DNA of 64,000 nucleotides from an uncultured delta proteobacterium (lineage in GTDB: Bacteria > Desulfobacterota > Binatia > Binatales > Binataceae). How positions within the stretch are numbered: position 1 is the first letter of the stretch; the number at the start of each line of letters is the position of its first letter. The DNA is taken from the NCBI GenBank assembly GCA_963765675.1, contig CAVXXK010000001.1:352001-416000 (forward strand), written 5' to 3'. The notes beneath the pieces were generated by a model, which saw nothing but the letters and a program-made list of their open reading frames with translations, had not been told where the DNA came from and made no database searches. Position numbers and translations under genes: made by a program. Below are positions 29,641 to 40,067 of this stretch, piece by piece.

Positions 29641-30138
29641 TCATGGAAGTGGCGCTGGAGTTGGAACGACAAAATTCTCCGGGTTCGGTGGCGGCGGCGG
29701 AATTGAGCGCACCAACGTGATCTCGTTCGACGGCTGGCTCTTGAAGCCTTTGCTCGTGATCGAAACGATCTCATAACTATAGCTCTGGCCAAGCTTCGTA
29801 TCGGAGTCGCGATAGGTGAACGTTTCCTGCTTCTGAAAACGCCCGTTGTCAGTCACTTCGACCCGCCCGATTTCCTTGTAAGCACTCTGGCCCTGGGTTC
29901 GCATAACCAGAAACGCCTCAAGATCGCGCATCGTGGCGCCGCCCGCATAGGTATCAGGTCGCCCCCAGGTAAGCTTGATTGCACCTTTTTCGGATTCCGC
30001 GCGGAGATCGAGAATTCTTTGCGGGCGCGCCATCTCGCGAGGGATCGGCGGCGACTTCACGCCACATCCTGCCCATCCTGCCGCCGCCGCGAATGCGACG
30101 ATGCTTACGATGATATACGCGCGCATCCGATTGCTCAT
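29641..30138 (-). CDS. Lipoprotein with LptM/YifL-like N-terminus and fibronectin-III-like domain
   Basis: Signal then AG-CGVKSPPIP; L.W...Y.D...G.SY.Y...S.PSN Fn3-like pattern; lies between argH and lysA. Confidence 0.65.
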   Translation of the reverse strand: MSNRMRAYIIVSIVAFAAAAGWAGCGVKSPPIPREMARPQRILDLRAESEKGAIKLTWGRPDTYAGGATMRDLEAFLVMRTQGQSAYKEIGRVEVTDNGRFQKQETFTYRDSDTKLGQSYSYEIVSITSKGFKSQPSNEITLVRSIPPPPPNPENFVVPTPAPLP

Positions 30139-31533
30139 CGTTTCAACTCTTTGAGCCGCCGCCTGACGGTGCTCGGCGCGGGTCCACCGGCAACCGAGCG
30201 CCGCGCCAGTGAATTTTCCGCGCGCAGGATTTCCGCGGCGTCAGCTTTGAAGGCCGGCGAGTAGCGCCGCAGATCGCTGTGCTTCAAATCCTCGAGGGTC
30301 GCGCCGGCCGCCGCGGTTTCGCGAACGATCCGGCCGACGATCTCGTGCGCCTCGCGAAACGCAACGCCCTTCTCGACCAGGTATTCCGCCAGGTCGGTCG
30401 CGAGCGCGAACCCTCCCGCCGCCGCGCGCATCGCGTCGCGGTCGAATCGCAGAGCCGGCCAAAGCTTCGCCATCAGCCGCGTGGCGGGCTTGATCGTATC
30501 GAGCGCATCGAAGACGCGCTCCTTGTCTTCCTGCAAGTCGGAATTGTACGCGAGCGGAAGTCCCTTCAGGATCGTGAGCATCGCGACCAGATCGCCGATC
30601 ACTCGGCCGGTCTTGCCGCGGATCAGCTCGGCCAGGTCAGGATTCTTTTTCTGCGGCATCATCGAGCTGCCGGTCGAGAACTCGTCGGGAATCGAGGCGA
30701 ATCCGAACTCGCTCGAGGTCCACAGGATCAGCTCCTCGCTCATCCGCGACAGATGCACCGCCAGCAGCGCGGCGGCGGACAGGAAATCGACCGCGAAGTC
30801 CCGATCCGAAACCGCGTCGATACTGTTGGCAGTGATCCGCGCCGAACCCGAGCTCGCGCGCGACCATCGCCCGGTCGATTGGCAGCGTGGTCGCGGCCAA
30901 CGCGCCCGCGCCCAGCGGCATCACGTCAGTGCGCGCGAGAGCCTGCGCAAAGCGCTCTCCGTCACGCGTCAGCATCTCGACGTAGGCTAGCAGATGATGC
31001 GCGAGCGAGACCGGCTGCGCGCGCTGCAAATGCGTGTAGCCCGGCATGACGGTTTCAACGTGGCGTCGCGCGAGGCGGATGAGCGCAGTGCGCAATTCGC
31101 CGACGATCGCGATCACCTGGCGCAATTCGTCGCGCAGATAAAGCCGGAAGTCGAGTGCCACCTGATCGTTGCGCGAGCGCGCGGTATGCAGCTTGCGCCC
31201 CGCGTCGCCGATCTTCGCGATCAGGCGCCGCTCGATCGCGAGATGAATATCCTCGTCGCCGATATCGAATCGAAAGCGTCCGGCATCGATCTCGCGCTCG
31301 ATTTCCTTCAGTCCGCGCTCGATCGCGCGCGCTTCTGAAGCGCGTATCAGGCGCACCTTTGCGAGCATCCGCGCGTGCGCGATCGATCCGCGAATATCGT
31401 GCCGGAAAAGCCGCCGATCAAACGGCAGCGACGCGGTGAACGCCTCGACCTCGGGCAACCGCCCGCGCGCAAACCTTCCGCGGATCAGATTGGACGCGGC
31501 GCGCGCCGGCGGCTTGATTCGGATTTTCTTCAC
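30135..31533 (-). CDS. argH: Argininosuccinate lyase (one +1 frameshift near 30842)
   Basis: HTARSRNDQ and MPGYTHLQRAQP in the 5' ORF, GSSMMPQKKNPD in the 3' ORF; removing one base near 30840-30845 restores ITANSIDAVSDRDF. Confidence 0.93.
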
Positions 31534-31756
31534 CGTCGCGAGGATGCCTTTGCGGCGAGGCGCTGCGCAAGCCGGATCATTCGGAACGGCGGGTGCGGCA
31601 TAAGCATCCGCGCGCCGAGCAGCTCATGGTGCCGTCGGGGTGAACGATATGAACGTCCATTTTGTGCAGGCATTTGGGGCAATGCCCCGAGCGGATTCGT
31701 GGCACCAACTTCGGCTGCGTCTTCGGCGGCCGGAACTGGATGACCTTGCCCAAATC

Positions 31757-32995
31757 TCACTTCTCCGCGCGGCCCTTTGCGCTCTCGCCGCGAACGCGCG
31801 CAAGTGCGCGCAACCGCGTGCCCGCGATCCGGATGAAGCCCTCGGCGTCGGATTGATTGTAACCGCCGGCTTCTTCAAAACTCGCGATCGCCGGATCGTA
31901 GAGCGAATTTTCCGATTTGCGCCCCGCAATTGTCGCCGCGCCTTTGTACAGCTTCACTCGCGCGACTCCGTTTACTTCGCGCTGCGTGGAATCGACGAGC
32001 GTCTGCAGCGCCTCGCGCTCGGGAGCAAACCAGTAGCCGTAGTACACCATCTCCGCGTAGCGCGAGACGAGCGAATCGCGCAGATGCATCACCTCGCGAT
32101 CGAGCGTCAACTGCTCGACGCCGCGATGCCCATGCGTAAGCATCGTGACGCCCGGGGTTTCGTACACGCCGCGCGATTTGATCCCGACGTAACGGTTCTC
32201 GACCAAATCGACGCGGCCGACGCCGTGGCGTCCGGCGATTTCGTTGGCGCGCTCGATTATTCTTGCGGGAGAAAGTTTATCGCCATTGATCGCGATCGGA
32301 TTTCCCGCCGCGTATTCGATCTCGACATACTCCGGCTGGTCGGGTGCATTCTCGGGCGCGACCGTTAGCCGGAACATGTCGTTGTAGGGCTCGCGCCACG
32401 GGTCTTCGAGGATCCCGCCCTCGTAGCTGATATGCACCAGGTTGCGATCCATCGAATAGGGCTTTTCGGCCGTGACCGAAATGGGAATCTTCTTTTCATT
32501 CGCGTAGGCGATCATGTCGGCGCGGCCCTTGAAGGTCCAGTCGGCGCGACGCCATGGAGCGATTATCTTGAGCTCCGGCGCAAGCCGCGCGATCGTCAGC
32601 TCGTAGCGAACCTGGTCGTTGCCCTTTCCGGTGGCGCCGTGGGCGACCGCGTCGGCGCCTTCGGCAAGCGCGATTTCGACTTGCCGCTTCGCGATGACAG
32701 GACGCGCGATCGACGTGCCGAGCAGATAGTAGCCCTCGTACACCGCGTTCGCGCGCATCATCGGAAACACAAAATCGCGCGCGAATTCCTCACGCAGGTC
32801 GGCGAGGATGAACTTGCTCGCGCCGGTAGCTAGCGCTTTTTTCTCGAGCCCTTCAGTTTCCTCGGCCTGTCCGACGTCGGCGCAGTATGCGATCACCTCG
32901 CATCCGAATTGATCCTTAATCCAGCGAAGGATCACTGACGTATCGAGCCCGCCAGAGTACGCGAGCACCAGCTTTCTGATTTTTTCCGTGGCCAT
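31757..32995 (-). CDS. argG: Argininosuccinate synthase
   Basis: [39 protein letters not shown]. Confidence 0.98.
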   Translation of the reverse strand: MATEKIRKLVLAYSGGLDTSVILRWIKDQFGCEVIAYCADVGQAEETEGLEKKALATGASKFILADLREEFARDFVFPMMRANAVYEGYYLLGTSIARPVIAKRQVEIALAEGADAVAHGATGKGNDQVRYELTIARLAPELKIIAPWRRADWTFKGRADMIAYANEKKIPISVTAEKPYSMDRNLVHISYEGGILEDPWREPYNDMFRLTVAPENAPDQPEYVEIEYAAGNPIAINGDKLSPARIIERANEIAGRHGVGRVDLVENRYVGIKSRGVYETPGVTMLTHGHRGVEQLTLDREVMHLRDSLVSRYAEMVYYGYWFAPEREALQTLVDSTQREVNGVARVKLYKGAATIAGRKSENSLYDPAIASFEEAGGYNQSDAEGFIRIAGTRLRALARVRGESAKGRAEK

Positions 32996-33013
32996 CTTTT
33001 CTATTCGATTAAA

Positions 33014-34012
33014 TCACGCATCGCGTACGGACGCCGCATGCGCCAGAACCTCCGGACGCAGCAGCCAAACCATCACGGCCTTCTGCGCGTGGAGCCGATT
33101 CTCGGCCTGGTCGAGCACGACCGAGCGCGGGCCGTCGAGCACATCGTCGGTGATTTCCTCGCCGCGATGCGCCGGCAGGCAGTGCATCACCAATGCTTCC
33201 TTTGACGCGTGAGGAACCAGCGCGCCATTTACCTGGAAATCCTTGAAGTCGCGCCGGCGCTGCGGCGCTTCCTTCTCCCGGCCCATCGAAGTCCATGTGT
33301 CGGTATAGATCACGTCGGCGCCGGTCACAGCTTTGACCGGATCGTTGGTTACGACTCCGATCTCCTCGCGCCGCATCCGATCGAGGAAACTCTTTTCCGG
33401 CTCGTAGCCGCGAGGCACCGCCACGCGCAGCTCGAACTTCAATAGCGCGGCCGCTTCGATCCAGCTCTGCGCCATGTTGAATCCGTCGCCAACCCACGCG
33501 ATCTTGAGCTTCGAAATATCGCGGCCGAAATGCTCCTGCAGGGTTTGCAGGTCCGCCAGCACCTGGCACGGATGCAGCAAATCGCTAAGCCCATTGATGA
33601 CCGGCACCGACGCCTCGCGCGCGAGTTCGACGCAGTTCGAGTGCGCGAAAGTCCGAATCATAATCAGATCGACAACCCGCGAGAGATTGCGCGCCACGTC
33701 CTTGACCGTCTCGCGCTCGCCGATTCCGATATCGTTGGGCGCAAGATAGATCGCGTGACCGCCAAGCTGCGCCATCCCCGTCTCGAAGGTGATCCTCGTA
33801 CGCAGCGAGGGCTTCTGAAAAATCATCGCGAGAGTGCGCCCGCGCAGATAAGGATGCTCGATGCCTGACTTGAGCTCGGCCTTCAGCCGTGCCGCGAGGG
33901 CGAGCAGGCCATTCAGCTCATCCGTGGTCACCGACGACATGTCCAGAAAGTCGCGCTTGGCGCGAATCTCCGGCTGCGGCGCGATTCGTCCCTTCTGAAC
34001 CGCGGCACTCAC
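33014..34012 (-). CDS. argF: Ornithine carbamoyltransferase
   Basis: SLRTR, HPCQ, DTWTSMG, HCLP, QAENR. Confidence 0.96.
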   Translation of the reverse strand: MSAAVQKGRIAPQPEIRAKRDFLDMSSVTTDELNGLLALAARLKAELKSGIEHPYLRGRTLAMIFQKPSLRTRITFETGMAQLGGHAIYLAPNDIGIGERETVKDVARNLSRVVDLIMIRTFAHSNCVELAREASVPVINGLSDLLHPCQVLADLQTLQEHFGRDISKLKIAWVGDGFNMAQSWIEAAALLKFELRVAVPRGYEPEKSFLDRMRREEIGVVTNDPVKAVTGADVIYTDTWTSMGREKEAPQRRRDFKDFQVNGALVPHASKEALVMHCLPAHRGEEITDDVLDGPRSVVLDQAENRLHAQKAVMVWLLRPEVLAHAASVRDA

Positions 34013-35208
34013 GGCGCCACCTGCGCGCTCTTGAGCGCCTTCTCGATTATCTTGAGCCCGATGTCCGCTTCCTCGCGAGTAAGGTTAAGCGGCGGGAGAA
34101 GGCGCAGGATGTGGCCCGCGGTCCCATTGACGAGGAGCTTTTCTTTCAGGCACGCATCGACGACCGGACGCGGATCGCCCTTCAGCACCACGCCGATGAT
34201 CATGCCGAGGCCGCGGACCTCGACCACGCCTTCGCAGCTCTTTCCGATCTCGCGCAGACGTTCGAGCATGTATGCGCCAACGGTGGTTGCGTTGTCGAGA
34301 ATTCCTTCCTGATCGATCGCGTCCAGAACCGCGAGGCCCGCGCTGCACGCGACCGGGTTTCCGCCGAAGGTGGTGCCGTGGCTGCTGGGCGTGAACGCGG
34401 ACGCAATTTCGTTTTTCGCGATCATCGCTCCGATCGGAATCCCGCCCGCCAGCGCCTTGGCCAGCGTCACGATGTCCGGCTTGATGCGCGCGTGCTCGAA
34501 GGCGAAAAATTTTCCCGTGCGGCCGACCCCGGTTTGAATTTCGTCGAGGATCATCAGGATGCCGCGGCGATCGCAGAAATCTCGCAGGCGGCTCAGGTAG
34601 TCGGGATGCGGCATGACGACGCCGCCCTCGCCCTGGATGGGCTCGACCATTACGCCGACGGTTTCGTCGTGAATCGCATGCTCGATCGCCGCGATATCGT
34701 CGAACGGAGCAAGTCGAAAGCCCGGCACCAGCGGCTGGAACCCCTGATGGTATTTCTCCTGGCCGGTCGCGCTGAGCGTCGCGAGCGTGCGGCCGTGAAA
34801 CGAACCCAACGTCGCTATAATTTCGTAGCGTCCGCCGCCGTCCTTGTGACCCCATCGGCGCGCGAGCTTGATCGCCGCTTCATTGGCCTCTGCGCCCGAA
34901 TTTCCGAAGAATACTTTCGCGCCGCCGAATCGAGTAGCCAAGCGCTCGGCCAGCCGCGCGGTGGGTTCGGTATGAAATACGTTCGAGACGTGGGTTAGTT
35001 TTTCGGCCTGCTCCTTGATCGCGCGGACGACCCGCGGATGTCCATGGCCGAGGCTGGTTACTGCAAGCCCGCAGAAAAAATCGAGGTAGCGGTTTCCGTC
35101 CGCATCGAAGAGGTACGCGCCGTGTCCGCGTACGAACGCGATCGGCAGGCATCCGTAGATGTCCACCATGTTGCGATGCGCCAGTTCGACGATTTCCGCA
35201 TTGTTCAT
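34009..35208 (-). CDS. argD: Acetylornithine aminotransferase
   Basis: NSGAEANE, FHGRT, EPIQGEGG, DEIQTG, LAKALAGG, HGTTFGGNP; position in arg operon. Confidence 0.94.
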   Translation of the reverse strand: MNNAEIVELAHRNMVDIYGCLPIAFVRGHGAYLFDADGNRYLDFFCGLAVTSLGHGHPRVVRAIKEQAEKLTHVSNVFHTEPTARLAERLATRFGGAKVFFGNSGAEANEAAIKLARRWGHKDGGGRYEIIATLGSFHGRTLATLSATGQEKYHQGFQPLVPGFRLAPFDDIAAIEHAIHDETVGVMVEPIQGEGGVVMPHPDYLSRLRDFCDRRGILMILDEIQTGVGRTGKFFAFEHARIKPDIVTLAKALAGGIPIGAMIAKNEIASAFTPSSHGTTFGGNPVACSAGLAVLDAIDQEGILDNATTVGAYMLERLREIGKSCEGVVEVRGLGMIIGVVLKGDPRPVVDACLKEKLLVNGTAGHILRLLPPLNLTREEADIGLKIIEKALKSAQVAP

Positions 35209-35230
35209 CGTGATGTAGCCATCCGAGTCC

Positions 35231-36157
35231 TCAGGCGTTCTTCTTCGCGCTGCGCGCAAGGTCCGCGACCCGGGCGCGCCGCTGCACCACTTCGGTGCCG
35301 ACTCCCATGCGTGTGAAAATTTCGAGCAGCACGGCGTGGCGGACCCGCCCGTCGAGGATGTGGGTCTTGCCGACGCCCTTGCCCAGAGCGTCGATACAGC
35401 ATTCGACCTTGGGTATCATCCCTTCCTGGATCACTCCGCGTGCGATCATGCGGCGCGCCTCGGCCGCGTCGAGCGTCGAAATGAGTTTGCCGTCGCGATC
35501 CTTCACGCCCTCGACGTCGCTCAGCAAAATCAGCTTCTCAGCTTTGAGCGCGGCGGCAATCTCGCCCGCCGCCACGTCGGCGTTGATATTGTAAGTCTGA
35601 CCGTCGCGGCCCACTCCGGTTGGCGCGATCACAGGGATAAAATTCGCCGCGTCCAGCGTTCTGATAATTTCGGGGTTAATCTGATCGACTTCACCCACAA
35701 GTCCGATATCAACCTCGCTCTTGCGCCCGGCCTCATCCTTGACGACCATCTGCATCTTGCGCGAGACGATCAGATCGCCGTCCTTGCCGGACAGTCCGAC
35801 CGCGCGGCCGCCGTGGCGCGAGAGCATCGCGACGATATCCTTGTTGATCCTCTGCAAGACCATCTCAGCCGCTTCCATCGTGGCCGCGTCGGTCACGCGC
35901 ATCCCACGCACGAAATGAGACTTGAGCCCAAGCTTTCCGATAAGCTCGCTTATCTGCGGACCGCCGCCGTGCACCACGACCGGGTTGATGCCGACCAGAT
36001 CGAGCAGCACCACGTCCTCGGCGAAGCCCGAGCGCAGTTCGTCGGATTGCATCGCATGGCCGCCGTACTTGATTACAAACGTCTGCCCACGAAAGCGCCG
36101 GATAAAGGGCAGCGCCTCGATCAGAACTTCGGCTCGCGCGATGAGATCTTTGTTCAC
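35231..36157 (-). CDS. argB: Acetylglutamate kinase
   Basis: VIKYGGHAM, VHGGGPQI, GMRVTD, YNINAD, GMIPK; GTG start with GGAG RBS. Confidence 0.96.
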   Translation of the reverse strand: MNKDLIARAEVLIEALPFIRRFRGQTFVIKYGGHAMQSDELRSGFAEDVVLLDLVGINPVVVHGGGPQISELIGKLGLKSHFVRGMRVTDAATMEAAEMVLQRINKDIVAMLSRHGGRAVGLSGKDGDLIVSRKMQMVVKDEAGRKSEVDIGLVGEVDQINPEIIRTLDAANFIPVIAPTGVGRDGQTYNINADVAAGEIAAALKAEKLILLSDVEGVKDRDGKLISTLDAAEARRMIARGVIQEGMIPKVECCIDALGKGVGKTHILDGRVRHAVLLEIFTRMGVGTEVVQRRARVADLARSAKKNA

Positions 36158-36317
36158 GTAGTCTCCGCCCACTCCATCCGGTCACGGCGATAACCGCGCC
36201 CTGAGTCGCAATCAAAACAGGCTTGCGGGCGCGGCGCAATTGCCAGCCCATCGCCCTGACCGACTTCCCGCTGAGCCACGGCCCGAACGCGCGCCGGGCA
36301 GCTATAGCGCTTCGACA

Positions 36318-37691
36318 TTACAGGATGTAGCGCGAGAGGTCCTCGTCCTTGAGGATCGGGTCCAGGTGGGCGTGGACGTAGCCCGCGTCGATAGTCAGAT
36401 CGCGATCGCCCAGCTCGGGCGCGTTGAAGGAGATCTCTTCGAGCAGCCGCTCGAGGACGGTGTGCAGGCGCCGTGCGCCGATATTTTCAGTCCGGTCGTT
36501 GACCTGTGCGGCGATCTCCGCCAGCGCGGCCACCGAATCATCGGTGAAAGTGAGCCGCAGCCCCTCGGTCGCCATCAGCGCCACGTATTGCCGTGTCAGC
36601 GAATTTTCAGGCTCGGTCAGGATGCGGATAAAGTCCTCGCGCGCGAGCGCCTTCAGCTCAACGCGAATCGGAAAGCGACCCTGGAACTCGGGAATCAGGT
36701 CGGAGGGCTTACTGGTATGAAACGCGCCCGACGCGACGAACAGGATATGGTCGGTGCGAATCGCGCCGTACTTGGTGTTGACGGTCGAACCCTCGACGAT
36801 CGGCAGCAGGTCGCGTTGCACGCCCTCGCGCGAAACGTCGGGTCCGCGGCCCGCCTCGCGTCCCGCGATTTTGTCGATCTCGTCGATAAATACAATGCCC
36901 GACTGCTCGGCGCGATTGATCGCCTCGTGCGCGACCGCCTCCATATCTACGAGCCGCGCGGCTTCTTCCTGGGTCAGAATCTCGAGCGCTTCGGGAATTT
37001 TCACCTTCCGATGATGCGTCTTCTTGGGCATGATCTGGCTCATCAGGTCCTTCATGTTGAAGCCCATCTCTTCCATGCCCTGCGGTGTAAACACCTCGAC
37101 CATCGGAGTCGCGTTGGCCGAGACCTCGATCTCGACCTCGCGTTCATTGAGATGCCCCTGCGCGAGCAGCTTGCGCAACTTCTCGCGCGTGTCGCGATGC
37201 GAATCGCTTTCGGCCGCTTCGAGATGGCCGTCGGGAGTGATACTTGCCGGGCGGCGCGCTTTCGTCGGCGGCGGAAACAGCAGGTCGAGCAGCCGTTCTT
37301 CAGCATTCTCGCGCGCCTTCACTTTGACGCGGCTGCGCTCTTCCTCCCGCACCATCTTGACCGAGATTTCCGCGAGGTCGCGGATCATCGACTCGACATC
37401 GCGTCCGACGTACCCGACTTCGGTGTAACGCGAGGCTTCCACCTTGACGAACGGCGCCTGCGCGAGCTTTGCCAGGCGGCGCGCGATCTCCGTCTTGCCG
37501 ACGCCGGTCGGGCCAATCATCAGGATGTTCTTGGGAGCGATTTCGTCGCGCAGATCGGGCGCGACGTTCTGCCGCCGCCATCGGTTGCGCAGCGCGATCG
37601 CGACCGCGCGTTTGGCGTCATGCTGACCGACGATATACCGATCGAGTTCGGAGACAATCTCGCGCGGGGTCATTACCTGTGGAACTGCCAT
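36318..37691 (-). CDS. hslU: HslUV protease ATPase subunit
   Basis: [37 protein letters not shown]-terminal DLSRYIL. Confidence 0.98.
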   Translation of the reverse strand: MAVPQVMTPREIVSELDRYIVGQHDAKRAVAIALRNRWRRQNVAPDLRDEIAPKNILMIGPTGVGKTEIARRLAKLAQAPFVKVEASRYTEVGYVGRDVESMIRDLAEISVKMVREEERSRVKVKARENAEERLLDLLFPPPTKARRPASITPDGHLEAAESDSHRDTREKLRKLLAQGHLNEREVEIEVSANATPMVEVFTPQGMEEMGFNMKDLMSQIMPKKTHHRKVKIPEALEILTQEEAARLVDMEAVAHEAINRAEQSGIVFIDEIDKIAGREAGRGPDVSREGVQRDLLPIVEGSTVNTKYGAIRTDHILFVASGAFHTSKPSDLIPEFQGRFPIRVELKALAREDFIRILTEPENSLTRQYVALMATEGLRLTFTDDSVAALAEIAAQVNDRTENIGARRLHTVLERLLEEISFNAPELGDRDLTIDAGYVHAHLDPILKDEDLSRYIL

Positions 37692-37770
37692 CGTATGGTT
37701 TGCGAATAAATCCGCGTGGGCGGCCTTTGCGCTCCGCGCCTTAAAGACTAATCGCGATTTGGCCGCGTGC

Positions 37771-38304
37771 CTATAACTCTTCGATAATAAATTGGTCGTT
37801 GGTGTAGACGCAGAGTTCGGACGCGATCTTGAGCGACGCTTCCGCGATCTGCCGGGCCGACAGGCCCGTGTTGTGCCGCAAAAGCGCGCGCGCCGCCGAA
37901 AGCGCGAAGTTCCCGCCCGATCCGATCGCCAAAATGCCGTCGTCGGGCTCGATCACGTCACCCACCCCCGACAGGAGTAGCGAGCTTTCGGCGTCGGCAA
38001 CGATCAGCATCGCCTCGAGCCGACGTAGAACCCTATCGGTGCGCCAATCCTTGGCCAGCTCGACCGCGGCGCGCCTCAGCACGCCGTTGTACTCCTGGAG
38101 CTTGCTCTCGAATTTATCGAACAGCGTAAGTCCATCAGCGGTCGAGCCGGCGAAGCCCGCCAGCACGCGGTCTCCGTGAAGACGACGCACCTTGCGCGCC
38201 CCGCTCTTCATGATAGTCGGTCCGGCGCTGACTTGGCCGTCCCCGCCCATCACGACCTTGCCTTCGTGGCGGACGCTCAGAATCGTTGTGCTGCGGATTT
38301 TCAT
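37771..38304 (-). CDS. hslV: HslUV protease peptidase subunit
   Basis: [31 protein letters not shown]. Confidence 0.97.
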   Translation of the reverse strand: MKIRSTTILSVRHEGKVVMGGDGQVSAGPTIMKSGARKVRRLHGDRVLAGFAGSTADGLTLFDKFESKLQEYNGVLRRAAVELAKDWRTDRVLRRLEAMLIVADAESSLLLSGVGDVIEPDDGILAIGSGGNFALSAARALLRHNTGLSARQIAEASLKIASELCVYTNDQFIIEEL

Positions 38305-38333
38305 TTTTCCTTCAGGCGTCGCTCGCGCGTTTC

Positions 38334-39242
38334 TTATGCGCGCGGATGCGAGCTCCGGTAAACCTTCTTGAGATGGTTTATGCTGACATGCGTGTAGCGC
38401 TGCGTGGTCGCGAGACTCGCGTGCCCGAGCATCTCCTGGATCGAGCGCAGGTCGGCGCCATTACCCAGCATATGCGTTGCGAACGAATGACGCAGCCCGT
38501 GCGGGGTCAGCGCGATCGGTACGCCCGCGCGGGTGATTCGATCGCGCACGATATTTTCGACGCTGCGGGTCGTCAGCCGCGCGCCGCGCAAGTTTACGAT
38601 CACGGGACCATCCGCCTCCCACGCGATCGGCATCACGCGCCGCCACGCGATTAGCGCGTCGAGCGCGGGATCTCCGATCGGCACCACGCGATCCTTGTTG
38701 CCTTTGCCCGAACGCACCGTCAGCATCCCGATTTCTTCGTCGATATCACGCCAGTTGAGGCCTACCAGCTCGCTCACGCGGATCCCGGTCGAGTAGAGCG
38801 TCTCGATTATCGCGCGATCGCGAAGCGCGGCGGCCGTATGCAGGTCGGCGTCGAGGTCGATCAATTTCCCTACGTCTTCCTGCCCCAGGACCAGAGGTAG
38901 ATGCCGCTCCGAGCGCGGCGAGCGCATCGTGCGCGTGGGGTTGTCGGCAGCGCCGGCGTTCTCGCGGTAGCGGAAAAACGCCTTGGCAGCGCTGAGCCGC
39001 CGCTGCACCGTCGCGCGCTGATATTTCTTTGTATTGATCATATTCGACAGCCATGCGCGAATGTGGTCGGCCGTGATCGACGCGGGATCGACTTCATCTT
39101 CCTTTCGCCCGAGCACCGCCGCGCGCTCGAGCATGAAGCTGCGCAGCGCCATCAGGTCGCGCCGGTAATTATCAACGGTATGCGCCGAGGCGCGTGCCGC
39201 GTGCGCGAGCGCGGCGGCAAACGCCTCGATCGCGTCCAGCAT
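38334..39242 (-). CDS. xerC: Tyrosine recombinase XerC
   Basis: [40 protein letters not shown]; directly upstream of hslV. Confidence 0.88.
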   Translation of the reverse strand: MLDAIEAFAAALAHAARASAHTVDNYRRDLMALRSFMLERAAVLGRKEDEVDPASITADHIRAWLSNMINTKKYQRATVQRRLSAAKAFFRYRENAGAADNPTRTMRSPRSERHLPLVLGQEDVGKLIDLDADLHTAAALRDRAIIETLYSTGIRVSELVGLNWRDIDEEIGMLTVRSGKGNKDRVVPIGDPALDALIAWRRVMPIAWEADGPVIVNLRGARLTTRSVENIVRDRITRAGVPIALTPHGLRHSFATHMLGNGADLRSIQEMLGHASLATTQRYTHVSINHLKKVYRSSHPRA

Positions 39243-39344
39243 TGTCTCGCGCGCGGGTGCCACAGCGGCTATGCTATCAGTGGCGAAGTGCTTGAAAAAG
39301 CGCGGTTTTCCGGACCGGGGCCGGGACGCATCGCGGGGCGCGCG

Positions 39345-39620
39345 ATGAACTGTTTCTTCTGTGGCGGTGAAATCGAGGTTCGCGAGCGCGTGAGCTTTCG
39401 CGAGGTCTGTCCCGGATGCGGCCGTGCACAGCATGCGTGCCGAAACTGCGGATTTTACGATCCGGCGTACAATAATCAGTGCCGGGAGCCGATGGCGGAT
39501 CGGGTGGTCGATAAGGAACGCTCGAACTTTTGCGAGTACTTCACTCCGACGAAAAACCGCGCCGTCGCGAAACCGGTCTCGACGCGCAAAGCACTGGACG
39601 AGTTGTTCAAGAAGAAATGA
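39345..39620 (+). CDS. Small Cys-rich putative zinc-binding protein
   Basis: CFFC, CPGC, HACRNC, C, FCEYF; ends LDELFKK. Confidence 0.75.
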   Translation: MNCFFCGGEIEVRERVSFREVCPGCGRAQHACRNCGFYDPAYNNQCREPMADRVVDKERSNFCEYFTPTKNRAVAKPVSTRKALDELFKKK

Positions 39621-40051
39621 TGCCACGGTCACGAGCTAAGAATCGCCGCGCAGGGTTGGGCTCTTTGATGCTCGCGCTTGCGGTCGTCGTTCTCGCCGCA
39701 TCCTCCTGCACCAAGTTCAACAGCCCGCGCGGCGTGGTCGATCGCTTCATCACCGCGCACTACATGGCGATCGATCTGAAAGCCGCCGAGCCGCTATGCA
39801 CCGGGCTGGCGCTCGACAAGCTGCATCAGGAAATGAAACTGACCCAGGGTCAGGCGATCGACGAAACCACGCGCAAGCCTGTCATCCACTACAAGCTCAA
39901 GGCGGAGCGCGACGCTCCCGACCATATCCAGTATGTGTTCCTCGCGACGATCGACGTACCCGAAGGCGGCTCGTTCAAGAAGAATTGGATGATCTCCGCG
40001 CGCAAGGAAGGCGAGACCTGGAAGGTCTCCGACTTCAACGAGTACGACTAG
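39617..40051 (+). CDS. Putative lipoprotein (NTF2-like by pattern)
   Basis: Basic N-terminus, hydrophobic stretch, SS-C; SP..VV..F and W.V..F pattern; ATGA overlap with upstream gene. Confidence 0.6.
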   Translation: MMPRSRAKNRRAGLGSLMLALAVVVLAASSCTKFNSPRGVVDRFITAHYMAIDLKAAEPLCTGLALDKLHQEMKLTQGQAIDETTRKPVIHYKLKAERDAPDHIQYVFLATIDVPEGGSFKKNWMISARKEGETWKVSDFNEYD

Positions 40052-40067
40052 CGAGTACGACTAATCG

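Noticed and set aside
38334-39242. Tyrosine recombinase as a prophage or island integrase
   Set aside because: Its length, motifs and position before hslV fit housekeeping XerC, and no phage genes or att repeats were seen.
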